64,000 nt of DNA from a bacterium (GTDB taxonomy: Bacteria > Patescibacteriota > Minisyncoccia > UBA6257 > UBA9933), in assembly GCA_021796335.1 (NCBI GenBank), contig JAJYHZ010000001.1, positions 144,360 to 208,359 on the forward strand. Direction: 5' to 3'. The notes under the pieces were generated by a model. The model did no database searches. It was not told the origin of the DNA and saw only the letters and a program-made list of their open reading frames with translations. The position numbers were made by a program, and so were the translations under genes. Below, one piece after another: positions 9,145-19,438 of the stretch; the stretch's first letter is position 1, and each line of letters begins with the position of its first letter.

Positions 9145-9330
9145 ATGGCAAAAAGATCAGTCGTGGCAAGATCACAAAAGAAACCAAAATTTTCAACGCG
9201 TGCAGTTATGCGCTGCTTTAAATGCGGGCGAAAACGGGGATACATAAGGGATTTCGGCCTCTGTAGAATTTGTTTTAGGGAGATGGCCTCAAAAGGTGAA
9301 ATTCCGGGAGTAAAGAAGTCGTCATGGTAA
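9145..9330 (+). CDS. rpsN: 30S ribosomal protein S14 type Z (zinc-binding)
   Basis: 61 aa with [10 protein letters not shown]...CRIC, the short zinc-ribbon S14. Confidence 0.92.
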   Translation: MAKRSVVARSQKKPKFSTRAVMRCFKCGRKRGYIRDFGLCRICFREMASKGEIPGVKKSSW

Positions 9331-9389
9331 AATATTTATTATTTTTTACAATAACTAACCGCTAATTACTAACAACTAAAAACTATTTA

Positions 9390-9770
9390 ATGTATATAGA
9401 ATTATTAAACAAAATTAAAAACGCTCAACTAGTAAAAAAGGAATCGCTAAAAGTTCCTTTCACCAAGAATAAAGAGAGAATTCTGGAAATTTTGGCGTCA
9501 AAGGGATACATAGAGTCATTTGATAAAAAAGGACGGGGTCCGAAAAAGATTCTAAGCATTAAGCTGAAATATGATGACGGAAAAGGCGTGATTAACGGAT
9601 TTAAATTTATCAGCAAACCTGGCCAAAGAATATATATTGGCTATGAAGAAATTAAATCGGTGAAAAGCGGTTACGGATCATTGGTTATTTCAACGCCCAA
9701 TGGAATTATTACCGGGCCTGAAGCCAGAAAAACCAAAGTCGGCGGCGAAGCGCTTTTCCAAATATGGTAG
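9390..9770 (+). CDS. rpsH: 30S ribosomal protein S8
   Basis: S8 conservation and the position after S14. Confidence 0.9.
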   Translation: MYIELLNKIKNAQLVKKESLKVPFTKNKERILEILASKGYIESFDKKGRGPKKILSIKLKYDDGKGVINGFKFISKPGQRIYIGYEEIKSVKSGYGSLVISTPNGIITGPEARKTKVGGEALFQIW

Positions 9771-9871
9771 TAAAATATTTATTATTTCTTAGACCTTAGT
9801 TATTAGAAATAACAAATAACATTCAAACAATAACTAACCGCTAATTACTAACATCTAAAAAACTATTTAAA

Positions 9872-10438
9872 ATGAGTAAAGTCGGAAAAAAACCAATTTT
9901 AATACCTGAAGGAATCACTGCTGCAGACGACCGGGGAATTTTGATATTCAAAAAAGGAAACGAGGAAGTTAAAATATCCGTTCTCCCTTACGTTAAAGTT
10001 GAAATAAAAGAAGAAACCGATGAAAACGGTAAAAATTTAAGAACTGTAAACTTTTCAACTCATAGTGGCATTAAACAGGCCAGAGCTAACTGGGGCACTA
10101 TTCGAGCTCTGACAAATAACATTATCGAAGGCCTGGAAAAAGGATTTAAAAAAGCTTTAGAAATTGAAGGAATCGGATACAGGGCGATGATGGACGGCGA
10201 AAACCTTGTTTTAAATATCGGGTATTCTCATCCCGTTAAATACAACCCCAGAAAAGGAATCAAAATTTCAGTTGAAAAAAACGTCATTACTGTCGCCGGT
10301 ATGGATAAATCCTTAGTGGGGCAAACCGCGGCTGAAATCCGAAAAATCAAAAAGCCGGAACCGTATAAAGGAAAGGGAATTAGATATCAGGGCGAAATCA
10401 TCAGAAGAAAAGCCGGAAAGAAAACCGGTACCAAATAA
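9872..10438 (+). CDS. rplF: 50S ribosomal protein L6
   Basis: MSKVGKKPILIPEGI N-terminus. Confidence 0.93.
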   Translation: MSKVGKKPILIPEGITAADDRGILIFKKGNEEVKISVLPYVKVEIKEETDENGKNLRTVNFSTHSGIKQARANWGTIRALTNNIIEGLEKGFKKALEIEGIGYRAMMDGENLVLNIGYSHPVKYNPRKGIKISVEKNVITVAGMDKSLVGQTAAEIRKIKKPEPYKGKGIRYQGEIIRRKAGKKTGTK

Positions 10439-10444
10439 AAACCG

Positions 10445-10807
10445 ATGAATAATAAAAAAATATTAAACAAAATAAGAGAAAAAAGATCCGCCCGTTCAAG
10501 AGCCAGGATTTTTGGCACCGCTCAAAAGCCGAGGTTGTCAGTTTTTCGCAGCAATAATTTCACCTATGTCCAATTGATTAACGACTCGGACGGAAAGACT
10601 TTGGTTAGCGCCTCAACAAGAGAATTAAAGAAAAAATCAGAAAAAAATACCAAAACTCAGGAAGCGATTTCGTTAGGTTCTTTGATTTCAAAAAAAGCAT
10701 TGGAAAAAAATATCAAATCGGCTGTTTTTGACAGAGGAAGCTATAAATATCACGGTCGCATAAAAGCAGTGGCTGAAGAAGCCAGAAAGTCGGGACTAAA
10801 AATATAA
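10445..10807 (+). CDS. rplR: 50S ribosomal protein L18
   Basis: RLSVFRSNNFTYVQLINDSDGKTL pattern. Confidence 0.9.
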   Translation: MNNKKILNKIREKRSARSRARIFGTAQKPRLSVFRSNNFTYVQLINDSDGKTLVSASTRELKKKSEKNTKTQEAISLGSLISKKALEKNIKSAVFDRGSYKYHGRIKAVAEEARKSGLKI

Positions 10808-10825
10808 AATTTAAAAATTTTTAAC

Positions 10826-11302
10826 GTGGAACAAAAATTCAAGCGAGAAAAAATTAAATCGGAATTTAAAGAAAAGATTCTAGACTTAAGGCGAGTTACG
10901 CGTGTCGTTGCCGGAGGCAAAAGAATGAGCTTTCGCGCGACGGTTATACTCGGCGATGAAATGGGCAGAATTGGCTTGGGTATCGGAAAAGGACTCGATG
11001 TCGCTCAGGCAGTTGATAAGGCAAAGGCCAAGGCCAAAAAAAACATGCTTGCGGTTAATTTGAAAGGAAGAACCATCCCTCATGAAATTGAAGCCAAATA
11101 CGGTGCAGCTTCTGTCATTATTAAACCTGCCAAACTGGGTCGCGGCCTTAAAGCTGGCGGTGCTACCCGAAGCGTTTTATTTTTGGCGGGCATTAAAGAT
11201 GCTACCGCAAAAATCCTGGGAACCACAAAAAACAAATTAACCAATGCGACTGCAACGATAGAAGCTTTGAAATCTATAAAAAAAATTAAAAAAAGTTCAT
11301 AG
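10826..11302 (+). CDS. rpsE: 30S ribosomal protein S5 (GTG start)
   Basis: RVTRVVAGGKRMSFRATVILGD motif. Confidence 0.93.
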   Translation: MEQKFKREKIKSEFKEKILDLRRVTRVVAGGKRMSFRATVILGDEMGRIGLGIGKGLDVAQAVDKAKAKAKKNMLAVNLKGRTIPHEIEAKYGAASVIIKPAKLGRGLKAGGATRSVLFLAGIKDATAKILGTTKNKLTNATATIEALKSIKKIKKSS

Positions 11303-11383
11303 ATTTATAAAATTAGTAAGGTTTATAAAGTAAATACATTAATATTTAACATTATAGCTTTAAAAACTTTATAAACTGAATGT

Positions 11384-11806
11384 ATGCAACTACATCAAAT
11401 TGAAAAACCGAATAATTTAAAAAGCCCAAAGCGAGTCGGTCGCGGAGGAAAACGCGGAACTTTTTCCGGCAAGGGAACAAAAGGGCAAAAAGCCCGCGCC
11501 GGTCATCGCATTCGACCCGCCATTCGTGATTTAGTTATCAGAATCCCTAAATTAAAAGGATTTAAAAATAAACCGCTTATTTCCGCTCCGATTGCGGTCA
11601 GTTTAAAAGATATTGAAGCGAAAGTTTCGGAAAATACGATTACGCGCGAATCTTTAATTAAAGCCGGACTCTTAAAAAAATCAGAAAAAAGGGTTAAAAT
11701 CCTCTCAAACGGGGAACTTAAAAAATCACGCACCTTTAAAGGCCTTAAAGTTTCTAAAAATGCAAAAGAAAAAATCGAAGCAGCTGGCGGTAAGGTTGAG
11801 GCCTAA
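11384..11806 (+). CDS. rplO: 50S ribosomal protein L15
   Basis: RVGRGGKRGTFSGKGTKGQKARAG motif. No L30 ORF fits in the 81-nt S5-L15 spacer. Confidence 0.92.
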   Translation: MQLHQIEKPNNLKSPKRVGRGGKRGTFSGKGTKGQKARAGHRIRPAIRDLVIRIPKLKGFKNKPLISAPIAVSLKDIEAKVSENTITRESLIKAGLLKKSEKRVKILSNGELKKSRTFKGLKVSKNAKEKIEAAGGKVEA

Positions 11807-11836
11807 GGGTTGTTTTGTGTTTTTATTTAAATAAAC

Positions 11837-13105
11837 GTGGATAAAATATTAAAAATTTTTAAAATCAAAGAGGTTCGCAATAAAATTCTGATCGTTGCCG
11901 GTCTTTTGGTTGCCTTTCGCGTTTTAGCCGCCATTCCCATACCCGGGATTGATGCGGTCCGTTTGAGGGAATTTTTCAATTCCAGTCAACTTTTCGGATT
12001 TCTCGGACTGATGACCGGAGGTACTCTCAGTAATGTCTCGATTATCATGCTGAGCGTCGCTCCATACATCACTGCAACGATTATTATGCAGCTTTTAACC
12101 ATGATATTTCCCAAATTAAAGGAAATGTATTATGAAGAAGGAGCTGCAGGTCAGGCTAAATTTAACAGAATCTCCAGATATATAACCGTGCCATTAGCCA
12201 TGCTTCAGGGCTATGGCTTTCTAAATTTATTGGTATCAAAAGGAGCGCTCGCGCCCCTTGGTTTCTTTGATTTGATAAAAAACGTAATTATCATTACTGC
12301 CGGTTCTATGGTGGTTATGTGGCTTGGAGAACTAATTACCGAACAAAAAATCGGAAACGGAATTTCTCTCATTATTTTTGCCGGTATTGTCAGTCGCTTG
12401 CCCGGTTCCATTATTAATGCCTACCAACTGCTTAGTTCTGATGCTAGTCAGCTTCCGACCTATATTGCTTTTGTGATTATCGCAATTATTGTTGTCGCCG
12501 GAGTCGTTTTAGTTAATGAAGGCGAAAGAAAAATACCGGTTTCCTATGCCAAACAGATTCGGGGCAGCAAAATGTACGGGGGAGTTTCCAGTTATCTGCC
12601 CATTAAAGTCAATCAGGCGGGTGTTATTCCCATTATTTTTGCAATTTCAGTTTTGCTTTTTCCGCAGTTTATTGCACAGATTAGCGCTATTTTTTCCAAA
12701 ACTTTTTCCGTGAAAATGATTGATTTTGTGAATAATTTTATGAATCCGCAAACAATTACCTACGGTATTATTTATTTTCTCCTCGTATTTCTTTTTACGT
12801 ATTTTTACACAGCCATTACTTTTGACCCGCAGGAAATTTCCAAGAATTTACAGAGGTCGGGCGGATTTATTACCGGAATCAGACCCGGAGAATCGACCGC
12901 AGTCCATCTTTCTAAAATCATAAGCAGAATTACTCTTTGGGGAGCTATTGCTTTAGGTTTGATTGCTATTCTTCCCAATATTCTTCAATTGATAACCGGC
13001 GTTTCAATTTTAACCATCGGTGGAACAGCTGTTTTAATCGTTGTTGCTGTTGCACTTGATACGATCGATCAGATTAACTCCCAGCTGTTGATTCGCGAAT
13101 ACTAA
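11837..13105 (+). CDS. secY: Preprotein translocase subunit SecY (GTG start)
   Basis: 10-TM pattern and SecY signature segments (GIMPYITA-like, GTAVLIVV). Confidence 0.92.
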   Translation: MDKILKIFKIKEVRNKILIVAGLLVAFRVLAAIPIPGIDAVRLREFFNSSQLFGFLGLMTGGTLSNVSIIMLSVAPYITATIIMQLLTMIFPKLKEMYYEEGAAGQAKFNRISRYITVPLAMLQGYGFLNLLVSKGALAPLGFFDLIKNVIIITAGSMVVMWLGELITEQKIGNGISLIIFAGIVSRLPGSIINAYQLLSSDASQLPTYIAFVIIAIIVVAGVVLVNEGERKIPVSYAKQIRGSKMYGGVSSYLPIKVNQAGVIPIIFAISVLLFPQFIAQISAIFSKTFSVKMIDFVNNFMNPQTITYGIIYFLLVFLFTYFYTAITFDPQEISKNLQRSGGFITGIRPGESTAVHLSKIISRITLWGAIALGLIAILPNILQLITGVSILTIGGTAVLIVVAVALDTIDQINSQLLIREY

Positions 13106-13173
13106 ATCCGTCATTATTTGGGAATTAGAAATTTTTTGTTGAAAATCCGTAGATCTTCAAAAAAATCTAAAAT

Positions 13174-13893
13174 ATGGCGTCCAAAAACAAAAAAAATTCT
13201 AAGCTTGCTATTATATTTTACGGTTCCCCCGGTTCGGGGAAAGGAACTCAAGCAAAATTATTAGCCGACAAACTTGGTCTCTATCATTTCGACACAGGTG
13301 ATTTTTTGAGGAAGATTCTCAATAATCCGGTTTTGACAAAAAATAAAGAGATTATTAAAGAAAGAAAGTTAAACAGATCGGGGAAATTAAATAGTCCTTC
13401 TTGGGTTTTGAAGATAATTTCCAAACAGGCCGAAACAATTTCCAAATTGGGCCAGTCAATCGTTTTCAGCGGATCGCCGCGCACTCAGTATGAGGCTTTT
13501 GGCGTCGATCCGGCCGGCAAGTACAAGCCAACTGCTGGTTTGCTCAAAATTCTTGAGAAAGAATACGGTAAAAGGAATATTTTTATATTCGATTTGGAAA
13601 TTCCGGAATCGGAAACCGTAAAAAGAAATTCCAAACGGACTACGTGTACGGTTTGCAAAGCGGCACTTATGGCAGAATTTTCCAGCGTAAAAAAATGCCC
13701 GTTTTGCGGAGCTCCTGTTGAACATCGAATTGATGATGATAAAAATATTATAACTGAGCGCCTGAAAGAATATCACAACAGGACATTCCCGATTATCGCC
13801 GAAGCCCGAAAGCGCAAATACAACATCATTAAAATTGACGGCACTCCGCCTCCCTTTGAAATCCATAAAAAAATAATTTCTTATTTCAGCTGA
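13174..13893 (+). CDS. adk: Adenylate kinase with a Cys4 zinc lid
   Basis: IIFYGSPGSGKGTQA Walker A; the lid carries CTVC...CPFC. Confidence 0.9.
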   Translation: MASKNKKNSKLAIIFYGSPGSGKGTQAKLLADKLGLYHFDTGDFLRKILNNPVLTKNKEIIKERKLNRSGKLNSPSWVLKIISKQAETISKLGQSIVFSGSPRTQYEAFGVDPAGKYKPTAGLLKILEKEYGKRNIFIFDLEIPESETVKRNSKRTTCTVCKAALMAEFSSVKKCPFCGAPVEHRIDDDKNIITERLKEYHNRTFPIIAEARKRKYNIIKIDGTPPPFEIHKKIISYFS

Positions 13894-14651
13894 TGGTAAA
13901 AATTTATTCACAGGAACAAGTTGCAAAAATAAAACAATCCGGCCGAATATTGGCGCGGATTTTAAAAATCCTCAAAAACGAGGCGAAAATAGGAATTTCT
14001 CTCAAATATTTGGACAATCTTGCTTTCCGGTTGGCTAAAGAAAGTGGCGCCGAACCGGCTTTTTTCAACTATCAGCCGGATGGAGCGGAGTATCCATATA
14101 TGGCTTCTGTCTGCACTTCCTTGAATAATGTTATTGTCCATGGTTTCCCAACTGACTATAAACTGGTATCCGGGGATGTTTTAAAAATTGATTTCGGGAT
14201 CAAATATAAGGGATATTATTCCGATTCCGCCGCTACGATTATTATCGGAAAAAGCTCGCCTGTTGCAAAAAATCTATCCAGAGCAACACAAAAAGCCTTG
14301 GAAGAAGCTATTAAAATCGCCAAACCAGGAAGTCATTTGGGCGATATTGGCTGGGCAATCGAAAAAACCGCCAAGAAATATAAGGTAAGAGTAATAAAAG
14401 GATTGACAGGCCACGGCGTCGGATTAAATCTTCATGAGGATCCCATTATCTACAACTATGGCAATAAGGGGGAGGGGCTTGAGCTTAAAGCCGGCATGGT
14501 TTTAGCTATTGAACCGATGTTTTCCGTCGGAACAAACGATACGATTCAGTTGAGGGATGAAAGCTGGGCCACTCGTGATAATTCTTTATCGGCCCATTTT
14601 GAACACACTATTGCAATTACCGAAAAAGGTTCGGAAATTCTTACAAAATAA
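13893..14651 (+). CDS. map: Methionine aminopeptidase type I
   Basis: Metal-ligand motifs (DFGIKYKGYYSD, HGVG, EHTI). Confidence 0.9.
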   Translation: MVKIYSQEQVAKIKQSGRILARILKILKNEAKIGISLKYLDNLAFRLAKESGAEPAFFNYQPDGAEYPYMASVCTSLNNVIVHGFPTDYKLVSGDVLKIDFGIKYKGYYSDSAATIIIGKSSPVAKNLSRATQKALEEAIKIAKPGSHLGDIGWAIEKTAKKYKVRVIKGLTGHGVGLNLHEDPIIYNYGNKGEGLELKAGMVLAIEPMFSVGTNDTIQLRDESWATRDNSLSAHFEHTIAITEKGSEILTK

Positions 14652-14757
14652 TCGAAATTTTTTAAACAAACTTTAAATAAAATTTTTTCGATCCCGTATA
14701 TCGCAGGCAGGCGCAAAAGAAATTCATCCGTTATCCGCAGAGAAATTTTTAAATATT

Positions 14758-15600
14758 ATGGAATCTAAAATTACTAAAATAAAATTTTATAAACGCACCG
14801 GCAACATACTTGCAAAAAGATGGGAAATTAAAATAAAAAAATGGCTTGAAGAAAAACACCCCGAAATAAAAATAACCGGAATATCTCCGGATGCAATTAT
14901 AGCTCTTGGCGGTGACGGAACGATTTTGGAAGCGGCCCGCAAATGCGTTGCCGCTGATGTTTTACTCGTCGGTTTGAATCTCGGCACAGTCGGATTTTTG
15001 GCATCAGTCTACGATTCAGAAAAATTTTTTTCTTCCTTGGAAAAGATTTTTTTGGGAAAGTATTTTATCAGCGAACGGATGATGCTTGATATTAGAACTT
15101 TCCGGAATAAAAAAACAGTCTTTGAAACAAATGCCTTAAACGAACTTGCCATTATTAATCCGCTGGGTATGGTCGAAACCGAAGTTTTCGCGCATGATTT
15201 TCAATTGCAAAAAATCAAAGGAACTGGTGTTATTATAGCCACCCCGACCGGCTCGACCGCTCTAAATCTATCCGCTCACGGGCCTGTCGTTATGCCGGAA
15301 TTGAAAGCATTTATCATAACCGAACTACTTGATCACAATATCCCCACTCCGAGCATGATTTTAAATCCGGATCAAGTAATAACCGTCAAAATTGCAAACT
15401 TCAGAAAAAAACATCTTCTGAAAATTTCTGATTCTAATATACCGGCGGAAGTAATATTGTCCGCTGACGGAGAAATAGTATTCTCCTTGGAAATTGGAGA
15501 TAAAGTTGAGATCCGGCAATCTTCGCATTTTGCCAAATTTTGCGAACTGGGAAAATACGGTTTTTTAAATCGCCTTCAGGAAAAATTTGACTTTAAATAA
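14758..15600 (+). CDS. nadK: NAD+ kinase
   Basis: GGDGT motif and NAD kinase-like C-terminal barrel. Confidence 0.85.
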   Translation: MESKITKIKFYKRTGNILAKRWEIKIKKWLEEKHPEIKITGISPDAIIALGGDGTILEAARKCVAADVLLVGLNLGTVGFLASVYDSEKFFSSLEKIFLGKYFISERMMLDIRTFRNKKTVFETNALNELAIINPLGMVETEVFAHDFQLQKIKGTGVIIATPTGSTALNLSAHGPVVMPELKAFIITELLDHNIPTPSMILNPDQVITVKIANFRKKHLLKISDSNIPAEVILSADGEIVFSLEIGDKVEIRQSSHFAKFCELGKYGFLNRLQEKFDFK

Positions 15601-15717
15601 AATAAAAGATTATTTCAAATCAATATGTCGAATTTGTTGATTTAAAAAATAATTTGATATATAATTTTATTTAACTGGAACAATATTGATACTCGGACAA
15701 ACTATTAAAAATTTAAA

Positions 15718-16467
15718 ATGAAACCGTATTTATCCATAATAATTCCCGCGTATAATGAAGCAAAAGTTCTGCCGATCACTTTATTAGATATCAATAAGGC
15801 TCTTAGTAAAGCAGATTTCACTTATGAGATTGTCGTTGTCGATAATAATTCAACTGACCATACCCGTGAGATTATTCAGCGCTTACAGGCAGGCATAAAA
15901 GAGTTGCGCGTCGAAGAATGTGTTGAACAAGGCAAAGCTAATGCCGTAAAAACCGGAATGCTGAATGCTAAAGGCGAGATTAGATTATTTATGGATGCCG
16001 ATAATTCAACCGACATTGATCAATTTTTTCAAATGATCCCTTACTTTAAACAGGGATATAATGTGGTTATCGGTTCTCGCGATATCAAAGGAGCGAAACT
16101 TATTCCTCCTCAGCCGTGGTATAGGCGAATTGCCGGGGATATGGGAAACATAGTCATTCAAATTCTTCTTCTTTGGGGAATGTGGGATACACAATGCGGC
16201 TTTAAGGCATTTACTGAAAGAGCGGTTAATCAGGTTTTCCCGCTGGCTAAAAATAAGCATTGGGCATTTGATGTCGAGATCCTCTCGTTGGCAAAAAAAT
16301 TTGGATACAAAATAAAAGAAGTTCCAGTTATCTGGAAAAACAGTCCGTCTCACAATATCCATGTTTCAACTTATTTTGAATTTTTAATTGACGTGTTCAA
16401 AATAAAATGGCGGATAATGACCTTCAAAAAAAGCTATAATTTAAAAGAAATTGCGAAACCGGTTTAA
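15718..16467 (+). CDS. Family 2 glycosyltransferase (dolichyl/polyprenyl-phosphate sugar transferase-like)
   Basis: SIIIPAYNE...VVDNNSTD...DAD GT-A fold motifs. Confidence 0.8.
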   Translation: MKPYLSIIIPAYNEAKVLPITLLDINKALSKADFTYEIVVVDNNSTDHTREIIQRLQAGIKELRVEECVEQGKANAVKTGMLNAKGEIRLFMDADNSTDIDQFFQMIPYFKQGYNVVIGSRDIKGAKLIPPQPWYRRIAGDMGNIVIQILLLWGMWDTQCGFKAFTERAVNQVFPLAKNKHWAFDVEILSLAKKFGYKIKEVPVIWKNSPSHNIHVSTYFEFLIDVFKIKWRIMTFKKSYNLKEIAKPV

Positions 16468-16621
16468 TTCGATTAAATTTAAAAGCACTCGAATTTTCCT
16501 CATAAAATCAAGTATTTTATGAGGTTGCAATTCTCCTAAAAACCTATAAAATCAATTAAGCTTAAAAATCGAAATTCGAAGCAGAGTTAAAATTCTGTTC
16601 GTTTGAGAGTTAGGCGCAACA

Positions 16622-17077
16622 ATGAAACACTACCTGTCAAAAGAAAAATTTGAAGAATTAAAAAACGAACTTGAAACACTTAAGAAAGAAGGCCGTGCCG
16701 ATATCGCCGAGCGTTTAAAAAGAGCCAAAGAATTCGGAGATCTTTCCGAGAATGCGGAATATTCCGAAGCAAAAGAAGCTCAATCCAAAATAGAAGCCAG
16801 AATAATCGAACTGGAAAATATTCTAAGAAACAGCGATATTATTAAAAAAGGCGGCAATAAAGGAATTATTGAAATTGGCGCAACTATAACTGTTGAAAAA
16901 AGCGGGAAGAAAATAAATTATACGATTGTCGGATCCAAAGAGGCCAGTCCGGAAAAAAATCTCATTTCAAACGAATCGCCTTTGGGGCGCGCTTTCATGG
17001 GCAAGAAAGTCGGCGACAAGGTTCAGGTGGAAACCCCGAAAGGTAAATCGGAATATAAAATATTGGTAATAAATTAA
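16622..17077 (+). CDS. greA: Transcription elongation factor GreA
   Basis: N-terminal coiled coil plus the C-terminal FKBP-like GreA domain (GDLSENAEY). Confidence 0.9.
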   Translation: MKHYLSKEKFEELKNELETLKKEGRADIAERLKRAKEFGDLSENAEYSEAKEAQSKIEARIIELENILRNSDIIKKGGNKGIIEIGATITVEKSGKKINYTIVGSKEASPEKNLISNESPLGRAFMGKKVGDKVQVETPKGKSEYKILVIN

Positions 17078-17139
17078 AATACAAATTTGAATTTTTTAAA
17101 TTTTCTAATTTCTAGTAACTAAATACCAATCACTAATCA

Positions 17140-18726
17140 ATGTTTTGGGGAGATAAAATCGTTGAAGAAATTAAAAAAGAATATAAAAATAAGATCGGCT
17201 CAAACGAGCCGCTTATCATTCGTGATGAAAAAACCGCTTCCGGACGCGTCCATGTCGGATCTTTGAGGGGCGTTGCCATTCACGGAACAATTTCCGAAAT
17301 CTTGACTGAACAAAACATAAAAAATAAATTTATTTTTGAAATAAACGATTTTGATCCAATGGACGGTTTACCTATTTATCTTGATAAAGATAAATTTTTT
17401 CCACATATGGGCAAACCGCTATGCAATGTCCCGTCTCCGGATAGTAAGGCAAAAAATTATGCCGAATATTTCGCGCAAGAGTTTGTCGGCGTTATTGAAG
17501 AAATCGGCTTCCATCCCGAGTATTACCGCTTAAGCGATTTATACAAAACCGGAAAATTTAATGGTGCAATAAAGATCGCGCTGGAAAATGCCGGTAAGAT
17601 TCGTGAAATTTATAAAAAAGTTTCCGGACAGGTTAAGTCGGAAGAATGGATGCCTTTGCAGGTAGTTTGTGAAAACTGCGGCAAAATCGGGACTACAAAA
17701 GTCATTAATTTCAATGGTGAAAAAGTTGAATATATTTGTGAGAAAAATATGGTGAGATGGGCGGAGGGCTGCGGATGCCGCGGCAAAATTTCTCCGTTTG
17801 ACGGGAATGCCAAATTGCCTTGGAAAGTCGAATGGGCTGCCAAATTTTCCGTTTTGAACGTCGATATTGAAGGCGCCGGAAAAGATCATTCGACCAAAGG
17901 CGGATCGCGTGAAATCGCAGATGCGATTTCCAGGGAAGTTTTCAACCGAAAACCGCCCTTTAATATTTCCTATGAATTTTTTTTGGTTGAAGGCAAGAAA
18001 ATGTCATCTTCAAAAGGAGCCGGTGCTTCTTCCCGGGAAATTGCGGATTTACTTCCGCCGGAATTGGTCCGATTGCTTTTAATCGGGAAAGATCCGAAGC
18101 GTGTTATTGATTTTATTCCAGACGGAGACACTATCCCGGTGCTTTACGATACTTATGATAAAATGGCCGGACTATATTTTCAAAATATTAAAGATGATTT
18201 CAATCGCGCGTTCATCTTAAGTCAAAAATCGGAAAATCGCGGTAATATAGAAGAAATTTTTTTGCCCAGATTTTCCCAAATCGCGTCCGCAGTTCAGATG
18301 CCGCATGTGAATTTATATGAAGCGGTTGAAAAAATGAAAGGTGCTCCGCTAACCGGTTTGGATAAAAAAGAAACTGACTGTCGGGTACAATATGCTCAAA
18401 ATTGGCTTAAAACTTATGCTCCCGATGACTTCAAATTTAAGCTACAAGAGCAAATTCCCGAAGCCGCAAAACAATTCAATAATAAACAAAAGCAAGCCCT
18501 CAAGCTTTTATTGAATTACGTTAAATCCCAAAAAGAATTGGATGGTCAGGTACTACATACTCATCTGCATGAAATAAAAAGCGAGACTGGGATTGTCCCG
18601 CAAGAATTATTCAGTGCAATTTATATCAGTTTTTTAAATAAGCGAAGTGGTCCAAAAGCCGGGTGGTTTTTGAGCGTTTTGGATAAAAAATTCCTTGAGA
18701 AAAGATTGGAAGAAGTTATTAAATAA
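17140..18726 (+). CDS. lysK: Lysyl-tRNA synthetase, class I (archaeal-type)
   Basis: HIGH-like HVGS and the KMSSSKG motif; Cys-rich insertion (CENCGK...CEKN...CGCRGK); ~528 aa. Confidence 0.7.
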   Translation: MFWGDKIVEEIKKEYKNKIGSNEPLIIRDEKTASGRVHVGSLRGVAIHGTISEILTEQNIKNKFIFEINDFDPMDGLPIYLDKDKFFPHMGKPLCNVPSPDSKAKNYAEYFAQEFVGVIEEIGFHPEYYRLSDLYKTGKFNGAIKIALENAGKIREIYKKVSGQVKSEEWMPLQVVCENCGKIGTTKVINFNGEKVEYICEKNMVRWAEGCGCRGKISPFDGNAKLPWKVEWAAKFSVLNVDIEGAGKDHSTKGGSREIADAISREVFNRKPPFNISYEFFLVEGKKMSSSKGAGASSREIADLLPPELVRLLLIGKDPKRVIDFIPDGDTIPVLYDTYDKMAGLYFQNIKDDFNRAFILSQKSENRGNIEEIFLPRFSQIASAVQMPHVNLYEAVEKMKGAPLTGLDKKETDCRVQYAQNWLKTYAPDDFKFKLQEQIPEAAKQFNNKQKQALKLLLNYVKSQKELDGQVLHTHLHEIKSETGIVPQELFSAIYISFLNKRSGPKAGWFLSVLDKKFLEKRLEEVIK

Positions 18727-18727
18727 T

Positions 18728-19324
18728 ATGATTACAGTAAAAGAAAATTTAGGGATTGATTATTTGCAAGCTCAAGAACTGCTTGAAAAATATATTTCAA
18801 ATAAAAATACCAGACTGCATTCGATTGAAACCGAAGCAATTATGCGGAAATTGGCAAAGCATTTCGGCGAGAATGAAGAAGAATGGGGGATTATCGGTTT
18901 GCTTCACGATATTGACTGGGATCTTACAAAAGAAAACACAATTGAACATTGCAGGAAATCAATCGAAATTCTAAAAAATGCCGGTGCGACAAGTTTCTTA
19001 ATCGAGGCGGTTATTTCTCATGGCTATGGAAATAATTTATGCGGAGCTCCTCAAGACAAGCAGCGAAAAACAACGCTTCAATATTGTCTTGCTTCGGCCG
19101 AAACCGTTACAGGATTAATAATTGCCGCTTCATTAATGCAGCCGGAGAGAAGTGTTTTAAATTTGAAATTAGAATCCTTAAAGAAAAAATTCAAAGACAA
19201 AAAATTTGCTGCGAATTGCAATCGTGATGTTATTTTAGAATGCGAAAAAACCGGCGTCCCGCTCGATGATTTTCTCAAATTAAGTCTGGAATCCCTACAA
19301 GAAATAAGCGATAAATTGGCCTAA
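18728..19324 (+). CDS. HD-domain phosphohydrolase
   Basis: H...HD (LLHDIDW) metal-binding motif. The ATG at 18728 abuts the lysK stop. Confidence 0.7.
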   Translation: MITVKENLGIDYLQAQELLEKYISNKNTRLHSIETEAIMRKLAKHFGENEEEWGIIGLLHDIDWDLTKENTIEHCRKSIEILKNAGATSFLIEAVISHGYGNNLCGAPQDKQRKTTLQYCLASAETVTGLIIAASLMQPERSVLNLKLESLKKKFKDKKFAANCNRDVILECEKTGVPLDDFLKLSLESLQEISDKLA

Positions 19325-19438
19325 TTTCCCGTTTATCATATCCTTCCAACTTTCTATTTTCTGAATTATACTTTAACTGTATTGCATTTATTTAATTCTC
19401 CTAAATCCCAATTCTAACTATTAAAATTCTATTTAAAA

